Shown here one piece after another: positions 8,985 through 18,958 of a stretch of 64,000 nucleotides of DNA. How positions within the stretch are numbered: the stretch's first letter is position 1; each line of letters starts with the position of its first letter. The notes under the pieces were generated by a model, which did no database searches, had not been told where the DNA came from, and saw nothing but the letters and a program-made list of their open reading frames with translations. The position numbers and the translations under genes are program-made. This stretch comes from an uncultured Collinsella sp. (GTDB lineage: Bacteria; Actinomycetota; Coriobacteriia; Coriobacteriales; Coriobacteriaceae). The stretch covers positions 21,484 to 85,483 of the forward strand of contig UQPY01000001.1 in assembly GCA_900542965.1 (NCBI GenBank). Reading direction: 5' to 3'.

Positions 8985-11633
8985 ATGGTGAAAAAGTCAC
9001 CGGAAAACACTACTCCCGCAATTGTGGACAACGTAGAGGCGCTTGAGGCTAAGCTCGCTCAGATGCGAGAGGCCCAGGCGCTTTTTGCTACGTACACGCA
9101 GGAGCAGGTCGACAAGATCTTCTATGAGGCCGCCATGGCCGCCAACAAGGCTCGTATCCCGTTGGCGAAGATGGCCATCGAGGAGACCGGCCGCGGAGTT
9201 CTTGAGGACAAGGTCATCAAGAACCACTACGCCGCAGAGTACATCTACAACGCTTACAAGAACACCAAGACCTGTGGTGTCCTGGAGCGCGACGAGGCTT
9301 ACGGCATCACCAAGATCGCCGAGCCCATCGGCATCGTGGGCGCCGTCATCCCGACGACCAACCCCACCTCCACCGCGATCTTCAAGACGCTGATCTGCCT
9401 GAAGACCCGCAACGCCATCATCATCTCCCCGCACCCGGCTGCTGCCAAGTGCACCATCGCCGCCGCCAAGCTCGTACTTGACGCCGCCGTCAAGGCCGGC
9501 GCCCCCGAGGGCATCATCGGCTGGGTCGATGTCCCCTCCATCGAGCTGACCAACATGGTCATGCGCGACGTCGACATCATCCTCGCCACCGGTGGCCCGG
9601 GCATGGTCAAGGCCGCTTACTCCTCGGGCAAGCCCGCCCTGGGCGTTGGCGCCGGTAACACCCCGGTCGTCATCGACGACACCGCCGACGTGCTGCTCGC
9701 CGTCAACTCCATCATCCACTCCAAGACCTTCGACAACGGCATGATCTGCGCTTCCGAGCAGTCCGTGACCGTCATCGACAGCATCTATGACCAGGTTAAG
9801 GCCGAGTTCCAGAAGCGCGGCTGCTACTTCGTCAAGCAGGGTGCCGAGATGGAGGCCCTGCGTGCCGCCATGTTCAAGAACGGCGCTCTCGATCACCGCA
9901 TCCCCGGCATGGCCGCTGCCAAGATCGCCGAGCTCGCCGGCATCGAGGTTCCCGCCAAGACCAAGATCCTGATCGCCGAGGTCACCTCCACCGACCCCGC
10001 CAAGGAGGAGTTCTCCCACGAGAAGCTCTCCCCGGTCCTGGCCATGTACCACGCCAAGGACTTCCAGGAGGCCGTCGACAAGGCCGAGCACCTGGTGCTC
10101 GCCGGTGGCCCGGGCCACACCGCCTCTCTGTACGTGCACCCCGCCCAGGCCGAGAAGATCAGCCTGTTCGAGCACGTCATGAAGGCCTGCCGTATCGTCA
10201 TCAACACCCCGTCCTCGCACGGCGGCATCGGTGACCTGTACAACTTTGGCATGAAGCCGTCTCTGACCCTGGGCTGCGGCTCCTGGGGCGGCAACTCCGT
10301 CTCCGAGAACGTTGGGGTGAAGCACTTGATCAACGTTAAGACTGTGGCCGAGCGCCGTGAGAACATGCTGTGGTTCCGCGCTCCCGAGAAGGTCTACTTC
10401 AAGAAGGGTTCCACGCCCGTCGCCCTCGACGAGCTGGGCAACGTCATGGGCAAGAAGCGCGCCTTCATCGTCACCGACCAGTTCCTCTTCAAGAATGGCA
10501 ACACCCGCGCCATCGAGGCCAAGCTCGACGAGATGGGCATCGCCCACGACTGCTTCTACGACGTCGAGCCCGATCCGTCGCTGCAGTGCGCACGTCGCGG
10601 CGCCAAGCAGATGGCTCTCTTTGAGCCGGACGTCATCATCGCCGTCGGCGGTGGCTCCGCTATGGACGCCGGCAAGATCATGTGGATGATGTACGAGCAC
10701 CCCGAGTGCAAGTTTGAGGACATGGCCATGGACTTCATGGACATCCGCAAGCGTATCTTCACCTTCCCCGAGATGGGCAAGAAGGCCTACTTCGTCGCCG
10801 TCCCGACCTCTTCGGGTACCGGCTCCGAGTGCACGCCGTTCGCCATCATCACCGACAAGGAGACCGGCATCAAGTGGCCGCTCGCCGACTACGCGCTGCT
10901 CCCCAACATGGCTATCGTCGACGCCGACAACTGCATGACCGCCCCGCGCGGCTTGACCGCTGCCTCCGGCATCGACGTCATGACCCACGCCATCGAGTCC
11001 TACGTCTCCATCATGGTTACCGACTACACCAAGGGCCTCTCCGTGCGCGCTGCCAAGCTCGTCTTCGAGAACCTGCCCTCCAGCTTCACGAACGGCGCCA
11101 AGGACCCGCACGCCCGCGAGGAGATGCACAACGCCTCCTGCATGGCCGGTATGGCCTTCGCCAACGCCTTCCTGGGCCTCAACCACTCCATGGCCCACAA
11201 GCTCGGCGCTTTCCATCACCTGCCCCACGGCCTCGCAAACGCTGTCATCCTGACCCGCGTCATGCGCTACAACGCCGCCGAGGCTCCCGTCAAGATGGGT
11301 ACCTTCTCCCAGTATCCTTACCCCAACGCGCTGCACAACTACGCCGAGATGGCCAAGTACTGCGGCATCGAGGGCAAGGACGACAAGGAGGTCTTCGAGA
11401 ACTTCATCACGAAGCTCGAGGAGCTCAAGGACTTCATCGGTGTCAAGAAGACCATCGCCGACTACGGTGTTGACGAGCAGTACTTCCTCGACACCCTCGA
11501 CGAGATGACCGAGCAGGCATTCAACGACCAGTGCACCGGCGCTAACCCGCGCTACCCGCTCATGAGCGAGATCAAGGAGCTCTACCTGGACGCCTACTAC
11601 GGCCGCGAGCCCCAGGACTACGCCGTCTGCTAG
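8985..11633 (+). CDS. adhE: Bifunctional acetaldehyde-CoA/alcohol dehydrogenase
   Basis: PTTNPTST, FDNGMICASEQ, GCGSWGGNS linker, GGGSAMDAGK, HSMAHKLGAFHHLPHG iron site. Confidence 0.98.
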   Translation: MVKKSPENTTPAIVDNVEALEAKLAQMREAQALFATYTQEQVDKIFYEAAMAANKARIPLAKMAIEETGRGVLEDKVIKNHYAAEYIYNAYKNTKTCGVLERDEAYGITKIAEPIGIVGAVIPTTNPTSTAIFKTLICLKTRNAIIISPHPAAAKCTIAAAKLVLDAAVKAGAPEGIIGWVDVPSIELTNMVMRDVDIILATGGPGMVKAAYSSGKPALGVGAGNTPVVIDDTADVLLAVNSIIHSKTFDNGMICASEQSVTVIDSIYDQVKAEFQKRGCYFVKQGAEMEALRAAMFKNGALDHRIPGMAAAKIAELAGIEVPAKTKILIAEVTSTDPAKEEFSHEKLSPVLAMYHAKDFQEAVDKAEHLVLAGGPGHTASLYVHPAQAEKISLFEHVMKACRIVINTPSSHGGIGDLYNFGMKPSLTLGCGSWGGNSVSENVGVKHLINVKTVAERRENMLWFRAPEKVYFKKGSTPVALDELGNVMGKKRAFIVTDQFLFKNGNTRAIEAKLDEMGIAHDCFYDVEPDPSLQCARRGAKQMALFEPDVIIAVGGGSAMDAGKIMWMMYEHPECKFEDMAMDFMDIRKRIFTFPEMGKKAYFVAVPTSSGTGSECTPFAIITDKETGIKWPLADYALLPNMAIVDADNCMTAPRGLTAASGIDVMTHAIESYVSIMVTDYTKGLSVRAAKLVFENLPSSFTNGAKDPHAREEMHNASCMAGMAFANAFLGLNHSMAHKLGAFHHLPHGLANAVILTRVMRYNAAEAPVKMGTFSQYPYPNALHNYAEMAKYCGIEGKDDKEVFENFITKLEELKDFIGVKKTIADYGVDEQYFLDTLDEMTEQAFNDQCTGANPRYPLMSEIKELYLDAYYGREPQDYAVC

Positions 11634-11651
11634 TTTTTAGCACGGTTTTTT

Positions 11652-11693
11652 GCGGCGGGGGTGCACGGGTGTTTCACACACCCCCGCCGTCGC
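11652..11693 (+). other. GC-rich intercistronic stem-loop without a U-tract
   Basis: GCGGCGGGGGTG...CACCCCCGCCGT between the adhE stop and the kinase RBS. Confidence 0.55.
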
Positions 11694-11722
11694 TTCTATC
11701 GCATCGTTGAAAGGATGCAACC

Positions 11723-12487
11723 ATGCTGCTACCCGATTCCAAGACCGAGCTCGTCCGCCGTGGCAACAAGGTCGTTTACGACCTGGGCGACAAGATCGTC
11801 AAGGTCTTTAACGAGACCAAGCCTGTCTCCGACGTGTTCAACGAGGCTTTGAATCTTGCCCGCATCAATGAGTGCGGCATCCGCAGCCCCAAGGCTCTCG
11901 AGGTTTCCCAGCTCGAGAACGCCAACGGCTGGGCGCTCGTGACCGAGAAGGTTCCGGGCACCACCCTTGCCGAGAAGATGACTGCCGAGCCCCAGCGCTT
12001 TGGTGAGTACCTCGAGATGTTCGTCGACCTCCAGATCGAGATCCACGGCTACACCTCCCCGCTGCTCAACCGTCAGCGCGACAAGTTCGCCCGTATGATC
12101 GACAGCCTTGATCAGCTCAATGCCACCACGCGCTACAACCTTCAGGAGCGTCTGGACGGCATGACCAAGGAGTTCAAGGTCTGCCACGGCGACTTCAACC
12201 CCTCCAACGTCATCGTCGGCGACGACGGCCAGCTGTACGTCTGCGACTGGGCACACGCCACCCAGGGCTCCCCTGCTGCCGACGTTGCCACCACCTACCT
12301 GCTCTTTGCCCTCAACAGCAAGGACCAGGCCGAGGCTTATCTGGAGCTCTACTGCGACCGCGCCGACATGCCCATGCAGGTCGTGCGTCAGTGGACGAGC
12401 ATCGTCGCCGCTTCCGAGCTCGCTCGTAAGCGCAACGTGAACGATGAGTTCCTGAAGAACTGGATCGACGTCGTCGATTATCAGTAA
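11723..12487 (+). CDS. APH/choline-kinase-like phosphotransferase (protein-kinase-like fold), substrate unknown
   Basis: IVKVF lysine, FNEA glutamate, catalytic CHGDFNPSNV, metal-binding CDW, DVA; AAGGA RBS; codon bias like adhE. Confidence 0.85.
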   Translation: MLLPDSKTELVRRGNKVVYDLGDKIVKVFNETKPVSDVFNEALNLARINECGIRSPKALEVSQLENANGWALVTEKVPGTTLAEKMTAEPQRFGEYLEMFVDLQIEIHGYTSPLLNRQRDKFARMIDSLDQLNATTRYNLQERLDGMTKEFKVCHGDFNPSNVIVGDDGQLYVCDWAHATQGSPAADVATTYLLFALNSKDQAEAYLELYCDRADMPMQVVRQWTSIVAASELARKRNVNDEFLKNWIDVVDYQ

Positions 12488-12519
12488 TATCTGAGCGATT
12501 AATTCGCATCGGAGGCACT

Positions 12520-12561
12520 AAGGAAACCCCGCAGCTCGCATGGGCTGTGGGGTTTCCTTTT
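12520..12561 (+). terminator. Intrinsic terminator after the adhE-kinase unit
   Basis: AAGGAAACCCCGCAGC...GCTGTGGGGTTTCCTTTT. Confidence 0.85.
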
Positions 12562-12585
12562 AGCGATTGAGTACGTCGAGAAGAT

Positions 12586-12635
12586 AAAAGGACGGCCCCG
12601 CATCTCCCCTATCTGGAGAAATGCGGGGCCGTCCC
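12586..12635 (-). terminator. Intrinsic terminator after proS
   Basis: GGACGGCCCCGCAT/ATGCGGGGCCGTCC stem with TTTT on the minus strand. Confidence 0.75.
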
Positions 12636-12664
12636 GTATATCAAACTACAAGCGAAATCGTAGA

Positions 12665-14386
12665 TTAACGACGGGCCGCCTTCACAAGCTCGGCAACCTT
12701 GGTGACAACCTCGTCGATCGCCACGTCCTCACGCTCGCCGGTAGCACGGTCCTTGAGCTCGACGGTGCCATTCTTAAGGCCGCGCTTACCCAGAACAACC
12801 TGATACGGGAAGCCCATAAGGTCGTTGTCGGCAAACTTAAATCCGGGACGCTCGTCACGATCATCGACGACGACCTCAATACCCTCGGCGCACAGGCCAT
12901 CAACGATCTGCTCGCAGACGGTAGCGCACTCCTCCTTCTTGGGGTCGAGCGGAATCACCGCAACCTCGTACGGGGCAACGGAGACCGGCCAGACGATACC
13001 GTGCTCGTCGTTGTGCTGCTCCACGACGGCAGCGAGCGAACGGGACACACCAACGCCGTAGCAACCCATGATAAGCGGCTTCTCCTTGCCGTCCTCGTCC
13101 ATAAAGGTGGCACCCATGGCCTCGGAGTACTTGGTGCCCAGCTGGAAGACCTGGGAAACCTCGATGCCGCGAGCAGCAGAGAGCGGCTTGCCGCAGTGCG
13201 GGCAGGGATCGCCGGCAACGACGGTGACCAGGTCGGCCCACTCGTCGACGGTAAAGTCGCGCTCGGGGCAGGCACCGATAAAGTGATAATCGACCTCGTT
13301 GGCACCGCAGGCCCACTGCTTGGACTCGCGAAGGCTCTCGTCGCACACCAGACGGATGCCCTCGGGCAGGTTGACCGGTCCGATAAAGCCCTTGTGCAGA
13401 CCGTTCGCCTGAAGCTCCTCGTCGGTCATCATACGATAGCCCTTGCCAAAGACATGCTCGGCCTTGCAGTCATTGAGCTCGTGGTCGCCCGGGACAATGG
13501 CCACGACCGGCTTGCCCTCGGAGTCGATCAATGCCAGCGACTTGCGCGTGCCGTTCTCGGGGAAGCCGAAGAACTTGGCGACGGCCTCGATGGTGCCCAT
13601 ACCCGGAGTCTCGACCTTGGTGAGTGTACCGTCGCCGGGGCCCTCGGTCACAACGACCTTGGTGCTTGCAGCCTCGTCATCGGCAGCAAAGCCGCAATCG
13701 TCGCAGTAAACGAGCGAGGCCTCGCCGGCGTCGGCAAGAGCCATGTACTCGACGGAGGTGTCGCCGCCGATCTCGCCGGAGTCGGCGACAACGGGCAAAG
13801 CCTTGATATAGCAGCGCTCGCAGATGTTGGCGTAGGCCTGCTTCATCTTGTCGTACTCCTCCTGCAGACTCTCCTGAGTGGCAGAGAAGCTGTAAGCGTC
13901 CTTCATGATGAACTCACGGCCGCGCATCAGGCCAAAGCGGGGACGGAACTCATCGCGGAACTTATCCTGAATGTGGTACAGGTTGACGGGCAGCTGCTTA
14001 TAGGAGCGCAGCTCGTTGCGCACCAGGGCCGTGACGGTCTCCTCATGCGTGGGGCCCAGCACAAACTCGCGACCATGACGGTCGTCAAAGCGCACGAGCT
14101 CCTTGCCATAGGCATCGATACGGCCGGACTCACGCCACAGCTCAGCATCGACCATAATGGGCATCATGAGCTCCTGGGCGCCGGCGGCGTCCATCTCGTC
14201 GCGCACGATGTTCTCGATCTTGCGAATCGAGCGCCAAGCGAGCGGTAGATAGGAATACAGGCCGGCGGCCTCCTTGCGAATCATGCCGGCACGGAGCAGC
14301 AGGCGATGGCTCGCAAGCTCGGCGTCGGCCGGATCCTCTTTGAGCGTCGGCGCATAGAGCTTAGACATATACATTGCTCGGGTCAT
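12665..14386 (-). CDS. proS: Prolyl-tRNA synthetase (bacterial type with INS editing domain)
   Basis: LGPTHEE, KFRDEFRPRFGLMRGREFIMKDAYSF, MGCYGVGVSR, GFIGP editing loop. Confidence 0.98.
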   Translation of the reverse strand: MTRAMYMSKLYAPTLKEDPADAELASHRLLLRAGMIRKEAAGLYSYLPLAWRSIRKIENIVRDEMDAAGAQELMMPIMVDAELWRESGRIDAYGKELVRFDDRHGREFVLGPTHEETVTALVRNELRSYKQLPVNLYHIQDKFRDEFRPRFGLMRGREFIMKDAYSFSATQESLQEEYDKMKQAYANICERCYIKALPVVADSGEIGGDTSVEYMALADAGEASLVYCDDCGFAADDEAASTKVVVTEGPGDGTLTKVETPGMGTIEAVAKFFGFPENGTRKSLALIDSEGKPVVAIVPGDHELNDCKAEHVFGKGYRMMTDEELQANGLHKGFIGPVNLPEGIRLVCDESLRESKQWACGANEVDYHFIGACPERDFTVDEWADLVTVVAGDPCPHCGKPLSAARGIEVSQVFQLGTKYSEAMGATFMDEDGKEKPLIMGCYGVGVSRSLAAVVEQHNDEHGIVWPVSVAPYEVAVIPLDPKKEECATVCEQIVDGLCAEGIEVVVDDRDERPGFKFADNDLMGFPYQVVLGKRGLKNGTVELKDRATGEREDVAIDEVVTKVAELVKAARR

Positions 14387-15469
14387 TTATTTCTCCTCAA
14401 TAAGCTTGTCGACCTCGGCCATAAGCGCGTCGACAATTTGATCCTCAGCTACTTTACCAATGATCTGGCCATGCGAAAAGAGCAGGGCCTGACCACGTCC
14501 GCAAGCAACGCCCAGGTCGGCATCAGAAGCCTCACCGGGGCCATTAACGGCACATCCCATGACGGCAATCGAAAGCGGCGCGGCATAGTTCTTAAGCCGC
14601 TCGGTTACTTCCTCAGCGATAGGAATCAGGTTAACCTGGCAGCGGGCGCACGTGGGGCACGAGACAATCTCGGGACCACGGCGACGCAGGCCCAGGGACT
14701 GCAGGATACCCCAGGCGACCGGCGGCTCCTCGACCGGATCGGCCGTGAGCGACACACGCATGGTGTCACCGATGCCTTCGGAAAGCAAGATACCCAAGCC
14801 TACAGAGCTCTTGATGGTGCCCTGGAGCTTGGTACCCGCCTCCGTCACGCCCAGGTGAAGCGGAACATGCGGTATCTCGCGCGACAGAGCGCGATAGGTA
14901 TCAAGCGTCGTCTGTACGCTATGGGCCTTGGCGGAAAGCACGATGTTGGTAAACCCACGGTCCTCAAAATGCCGCACAAAGCGTTCGCTCGACATCACGA
15001 GCTTCTCGGGCTGCGTGAGGTCGTCGCGCTCGGCGATATCCTGCTCAAGCGAGCCGGCGTTGACGCCGATGCGAATCGCACAGCCCGCAGCGCCGGCAGC
15101 GTCGATGACGGCATCGACCTTAGCCCAATCGCCGATATTGCCGGGATTGATGCGCAGCTTGGCAGCACCAGCCCCAACGGCACCAATGGCGAGCTTATGG
15201 TTAAAGTGGATATCGGCGACAATCGGCACCGGAGACTCGGCACAGATGGTGCGGAAACCCTCGAGCGCGGCCTCGGTGGGCACACTCACGCGCACGATAT
15301 CGCAGCCAGCCTGTGCCAAAGCACGCACTTGCGCAAGCGTTGCCTGGGCATCAGCGGTATCGGTGCAGGTCATGGACTGGACCACCACCGGCGCGCCGCC
15401 ACCGATCTGCACGCCGCCCACATGCACGGGACGCGTCAGCTCGCGAGGCAAAGGATGGGATAAAGACAA
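14387..15469 (-). CDS. ispG: HMBPP synthase (MEP pathway)
   Basis: VQSMT, VADIHF, RINPGN, RIGVNAGSL, SCPTCAR, MGCAVNGPGE; start approximate (TTG after GGGGAG). Confidence 0.96.
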   Translation of the reverse strand: MSLSHPLPRELTRPVHVGGVQIGGGAPVVVQSMTCTDTADAQATLAQVRALAQAGCDIVRVSVPTEAALEGFRTICAESPVPIVADIHFNHKLAIGAVGAGAAKLRINPGNIGDWAKVDAVIDAAGAAGCAIRIGVNAGSLEQDIAERDDLTQPEKLVMSSERFVRHFEDRGFTNIVLSAKAHSVQTTLDTYRALSREIPHVPLHLGVTEAGTKLQGTIKSSVGLGILLSEGIGDTMRVSLTADPVEEPPVAWGILQSLGLRRRGPEIVSCPTCARCQVNLIPIAEEVTERLKNYAAPLSIAVMGCAVNGPGEASDADLGVACGRGQALLFSHGQIIGKVAEDQIVDALMAEVDKLIEEK

Positions 15470-15482
15470 TCCAACCACTCCC

Positions 15483-16844
15483 CTACAGAATAAATCGAAG
15501 GATGTCGGAACGAAGCATATAGACAAACAGCAGCGCAAAGAGCGCGATGCCCACATAGCTCACAATCGTCTGGACCTTGAGCGGAAGCTCGCGGCCCGCA
15601 ATCTTTTGAATGATCTCAATGACCAGCTTACCGCCATCGAGCGGCGGGATGGGCAGCAGGTTCATAAAGCCAAGCGAGAACGAAATGAGGGCGGCAAACG
15701 AAAGGAACGTGGCAGGGCCGGCAGCAGCAGCCTGTGAGGACATAACGCTAATACCCACGATCGAAGAGGACTGATCGAGAATCTCCATCGTATGCTGCGG
15801 CTGGAGAAGGCGCATCACGCCCTCCGCTGTCTGCACGACATAGGAGAAGGACAGACGAGCCGACGTGATGGGGTCTAAACGGACCACCTGCGTAGAGGCA
15901 TACACACCGAGGCGCTCGTCCTCTTTGAGTGCAACCGTGGTCGAATGCTGCTTGCCGTCACGCTCATACTCGATGGCGATATCGTCCTTACCGGCAGCCT
16001 TGCCGATGGCATCGTATACGTCCATCCAGGTAGAGCACGATACTCCGTCGACCGAAAGGATCGCGTCGCCGCCCTCGATTCCCGCCGCGGCGGCAATCGA
16101 GCCATCGTCAACCTGGCCGATCACATTGGTATCCACCGGCACCGTGACACCTGCGATGGAATAGATGCTCATAAGGAGCAAAAAGCCCGTCAGGATATTG
16201 ACGATAATGCCCGCAAGCAGCATAAAGGCACGCTTGACAAAGCCCTGGCCCAAATAGGTGTGCGAGCGCTCGCGTGCAAGGAATTCGGCCTCGCCGCACG
16301 GCAGCTCCCATACATCGCCCTCGGCAGTTGAATGTTCGCGATCGAAACGACGGCCGTCAAAGGTGGTGTAACCCGCCGCGTCTCGCGGCAGGGTCTGGTA
16401 CTTGGTGGGATAGTAACTGGGCGAAGGTTTTTCTCCATCTTCATACCAGGGAGCGATGGAGCCCCAGCCCAGCAACAGGGCGCATGCCTCGAGCACATCC
16501 TCCTCGGATAGCTCGAGCTCGGCGGCAAGGTCGGCCACGGCCACGCGACCATGACGATAGATAGCCGCGAGCACGCGATCGGCACACGAGACGTCGGTCG
16601 GATCCATACCGCAGATGGCAGCGTAGCCACCCAGCAGCAGCGGGGTCACGCCAAACTTGGTTCCAATGCGACGCGACGTGTAATGGATGTCAAAGCGGCA
16701 CGGCAGGCCCAAAAAGAACTCGGTCACACGGACACCGCAGACACGCGCCGCCAAAAAGTGGCCGCCCTCGTGCAAAAACACGAGGACGGAAAGCATCAGC
16801 AGGCCCCAAAAGACCGATGATAGAACGCTCAGAACAGTATCCAT
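15483..16844 (-). CDS. rseP: M50 intramembrane site-2 protease RseP/RasP with PDZ domain and an unusual insertion
   Basis: HEGGH zinc motif, LGGY, PDZ (GIEGGDAILSVDG), NLLPIPPLDGG; dxr-rseP-ispG synteny. Confidence 0.92.
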   Translation of the reverse strand: MDTVLSVLSSVFWGLLMLSVLVFLHEGGHFLAARVCGVRVTEFFLGLPCRFDIHYTSRRIGTKFGVTPLLLGGYAAICGMDPTDVSCADRVLAAIYRHGRVAVADLAAELELSEEDVLEACALLLGWGSIAPWYEDGEKPSPSYYPTKYQTLPRDAAGYTTFDGRRFDREHSTAEGDVWELPCGEAEFLARERSHTYLGQGFVKRAFMLLAGIIVNILTGFLLLMSIYSIAGVTVPVDTNVIGQVDDGSIAAAAGIEGGDAILSVDGVSCSTWMDVYDAIGKAAGKDDIAIEYERDGKQHSTTVALKEDERLGVYASTQVVRLDPITSARLSFSYVVQTAEGVMRLLQPQHTMEILDQSSSIVGISVMSSQAAAAGPATFLSFAALISFSLGFMNLLPIPPLDGGKLVIEIIQKIAGRELPLKVQTIVSYVGIALFALLFVYMLRSDILRFIL

Positions 16845-16869
16845 AAAACGAAAAAGCAATCCTTATGGG

Positions 16870-18057
16870 TTAGGAACGGGTTGCGGCGAGTACCTGCGCA
16901 GCCTTTTCACGCGCCCACGCATCGATGTCGCGAAGCTGCTCAAACGAATCGACCGCCTGCATATCGTGGGCATCCATGCAGGATTCCACAATGCGATCGA
17001 TATCGGTAAAGCTGCAGTCGTCGTGCAGGAAGGCATCGACGGCGACCTCGTTGGCGGCATTGAGCACGCACGGCATGGTGCCACCCGTCTTGCCGGCACG
17101 CTCGGCCAGTGCCAGACAGCGGAAGGTATCCATGTCGGCAGCATCAAACGTGAGCTGCCCCAGCTCGCGGAAATCGATACGAGGCGCCGGGGTATCCCAA
17201 CGCTCGGGATACGAGAACGCGAACTGGATGGGAATACGCATGTCGGAAGCACCGAGATGCGCCATCACGGAACCGTCGGCGAACTCGACCATAGAGTGAA
17301 TCTTGGACTGACGCTGCACGACCACGTTAATGAAATCGAGGTCGCAGTTAAACAGATGCATGGCCTCAATGCGCTCCAGGCCCTTGTTCATGAGGGTGGC
17401 GGAGTCAATGGTGATCTTGGCACCCATGGCCCACGTGGGATGCGCGAGGGCATCGGCACGCGTCACGCGATCGAGCTCGTCGCGCGTGCGGCCAAAGAAC
17501 GGACCACCCGAGCAGGTGAGCCAAATACAATGAGCCTCGCGCGGGTTCTCCCCCAGATAGCACTGGTAAATGGCGGAGTGCTCAGAGTCGACTGGAATAA
17601 GCTGGCCCGGTTGCGCCAACGGCATAAGCAAGTCGCCACCGACGACGAGGGACTCCTTGTTGGCAAGGGCAAGGCGCTTATTCGAGGTCAAGGCCGCATG
17701 GCTCGCCTCGAGACCGGCGGCGCCCACAATAGCGACAAGCACGCAGTCGACATCGTCGCGACACGCGAGCTCGCAAACCGCCTGCGCGCCAACGCCGAGC
17801 TTCGTTCCCTCGGGCAACTCCTGCAGCACGGCGTCATCGCCATGATCGACATCGGCCACGGCAACCGCCGGAACCGAGAACTCGCGGGCAGCGGCAACGA
17901 GCTCGGAGGTACTGGAGTTAACGGACAGCGCCGTCACCTGCAGGCGATCGGCATGCTGGCGGCACACATCGAGCGCCTGGGTGCCGATAGAGCCCGTACA
18001 ACCCAAGATGGCAACGCGAAGGCGTCCATCGGGGCCATACGTCGTCTGGAAGGACAT
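16870..18057 (-). CDS. dxr: 1-deoxy-D-xylulose-5-phosphate reductoisomerase
   Basis: LGCTGSIG, LANKESLV, PVDSEHSAI, HPTWAMGAKITIDSATLMNKGLE. Confidence 0.98.
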   Translation of the reverse strand: MSFQTTYGPDGRLRVAILGCTGSIGTQALDVCRQHADRLQVTALSVNSSTSELVAAAREFSVPAVAVADVDHGDDAVLQELPEGTKLGVGAQAVCELACRDDVDCVLVAIVGAAGLEASHAALTSNKRLALANKESLVVGGDLLMPLAQPGQLIPVDSEHSAIYQCYLGENPREAHCIWLTCSGGPFFGRTRDELDRVTRADALAHPTWAMGAKITIDSATLMNKGLERIEAMHLFNCDLDFINVVVQRQSKIHSMVEFADGSVMAHLGASDMRIPIQFAFSYPERWDTPAPRIDFRELGQLTFDAADMDTFRCLALAERAGKTGGTMPCVLNAANEVAVDAFLHDDCSFTDIDRIVESCMDAHDMQAVDSFEQLRDIDAWAREKAAQVLAATRS

Positions 18058-18956
18058 TACAGCACGCCTCCGATCATCAGCAACAGCTGCGCGGTGATGC
18101 AGCCGAAGATAAGCGAGTCGCTACGATCGAGCATGCCGCCGTGGCCCGGGATAAGGTTGCCGGAATCCTTGACGCCCACACCGCGCTTGATGCGCGACTC
18201 GATAAGGTCGCCGATAACGCCCAGAATGGACACGACCACGCCGCACAGCAGCGCATAGGGCAGGCTGAGCTTGTAGAAATGCGTCGCCCACAGGATGAGC
18301 CAAATCAAAACCGAGCCCAGGATGCCGCCGGCAAACCCCTCCCAGCTCTTTTTGGGAGAGATCTTGGGAACCATCTTGTGCTTGCCGATACGGCTGCCCA
18401 CGATGTAGGCAAACGAATCGGAGACCCAAAGGGACGCGCAAACGCCCACTGAAAGCAGGGCACCGGCAAAACCGGGCACGGCATCGCGCAGCAGCACGAT
18501 AGCCGACAGCATAAAGCCAGTGTAGATGGGGCCCATGAGCGTCACGGCCACATCAGAGATGCGGGTACGCGGCGACCAGACATACCAAATGCCCACAGCG
18601 AGCATCAGGGCAAAAAGCAGGGCATTCAGCAACATCGAATCGCCCAACGCCGACAGCGGAAAGAGTACGGCGGCAGCGATACCCATGCGCTCGTTAGCCA
18701 TCTTGCCATCGAGCCTTGTCATACGGAAAAACTCATAGCAGCACAGACCGCTCATGACAGAAACAAAGATGGCCGTGGGCACGATACCCAAAACCAGGCA
18801 CAGGATAAAGACAACGGCATAAACGATACCGGCGGCGGCACGGGTAATAAAGCCCGCAAGCCACGAACCGGTGCCATTCTTCGCTGCGGGCGCTCCCGCA
18901 GTGACAGCCTTGCGCTCAGATGTCTTGGGAGCAGTTGCCTTGGGACGATCGGACAC
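18057..18956 (-). CDS. cdsA: Phosphatidate cytidylyltransferase
   Basis: SPKKSWEG, GDLIESRIKR, KDSGNLIPGHGGMLDRSDS. Confidence 0.95.
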   Translation of the reverse strand: MSDRPKATAPKTSERKAVTAGAPAAKNGTGSWLAGFITRAAAGIVYAVVFILCLVLGIVPTAIFVSVMSGLCCYEFFRMTRLDGKMANERMGIAAAVLFPLSALGDSMLLNALLFALMLAVGIWYVWSPRTRISDVAVTLMGPIYTGFMLSAIVLLRDAVPGFAGALLSVGVCASLWVSDSFAYIVGSRIGKHKMVPKISPKKSWEGFAGGILGSVLIWLILWATHFYKLSLPYALLCGVVVSILGVIGDLIESRIKRGVGVKDSGNLIPGHGGMLDRSDSLIFGCITAQLLLMIGGVL

Positions 18957-18958
18957 GA

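Noticed and set aside
8997..11336. 779-aa minus-strand ORF
   Set aside because: Antisense shadow of adhE caused by high-GC codon bias.
11723..12487. Aminoglycoside resistance gene
   Set aside because: Only the generic kinase-fold motifs are present; native codon usage, metabolic context and no mobile flanks.
12590..12635. GGAC...GTCC hairpin as a second REP copy
   Set aside because: It does not share the 17-bp repeat sequence; position and T-tract fit the proS terminator.
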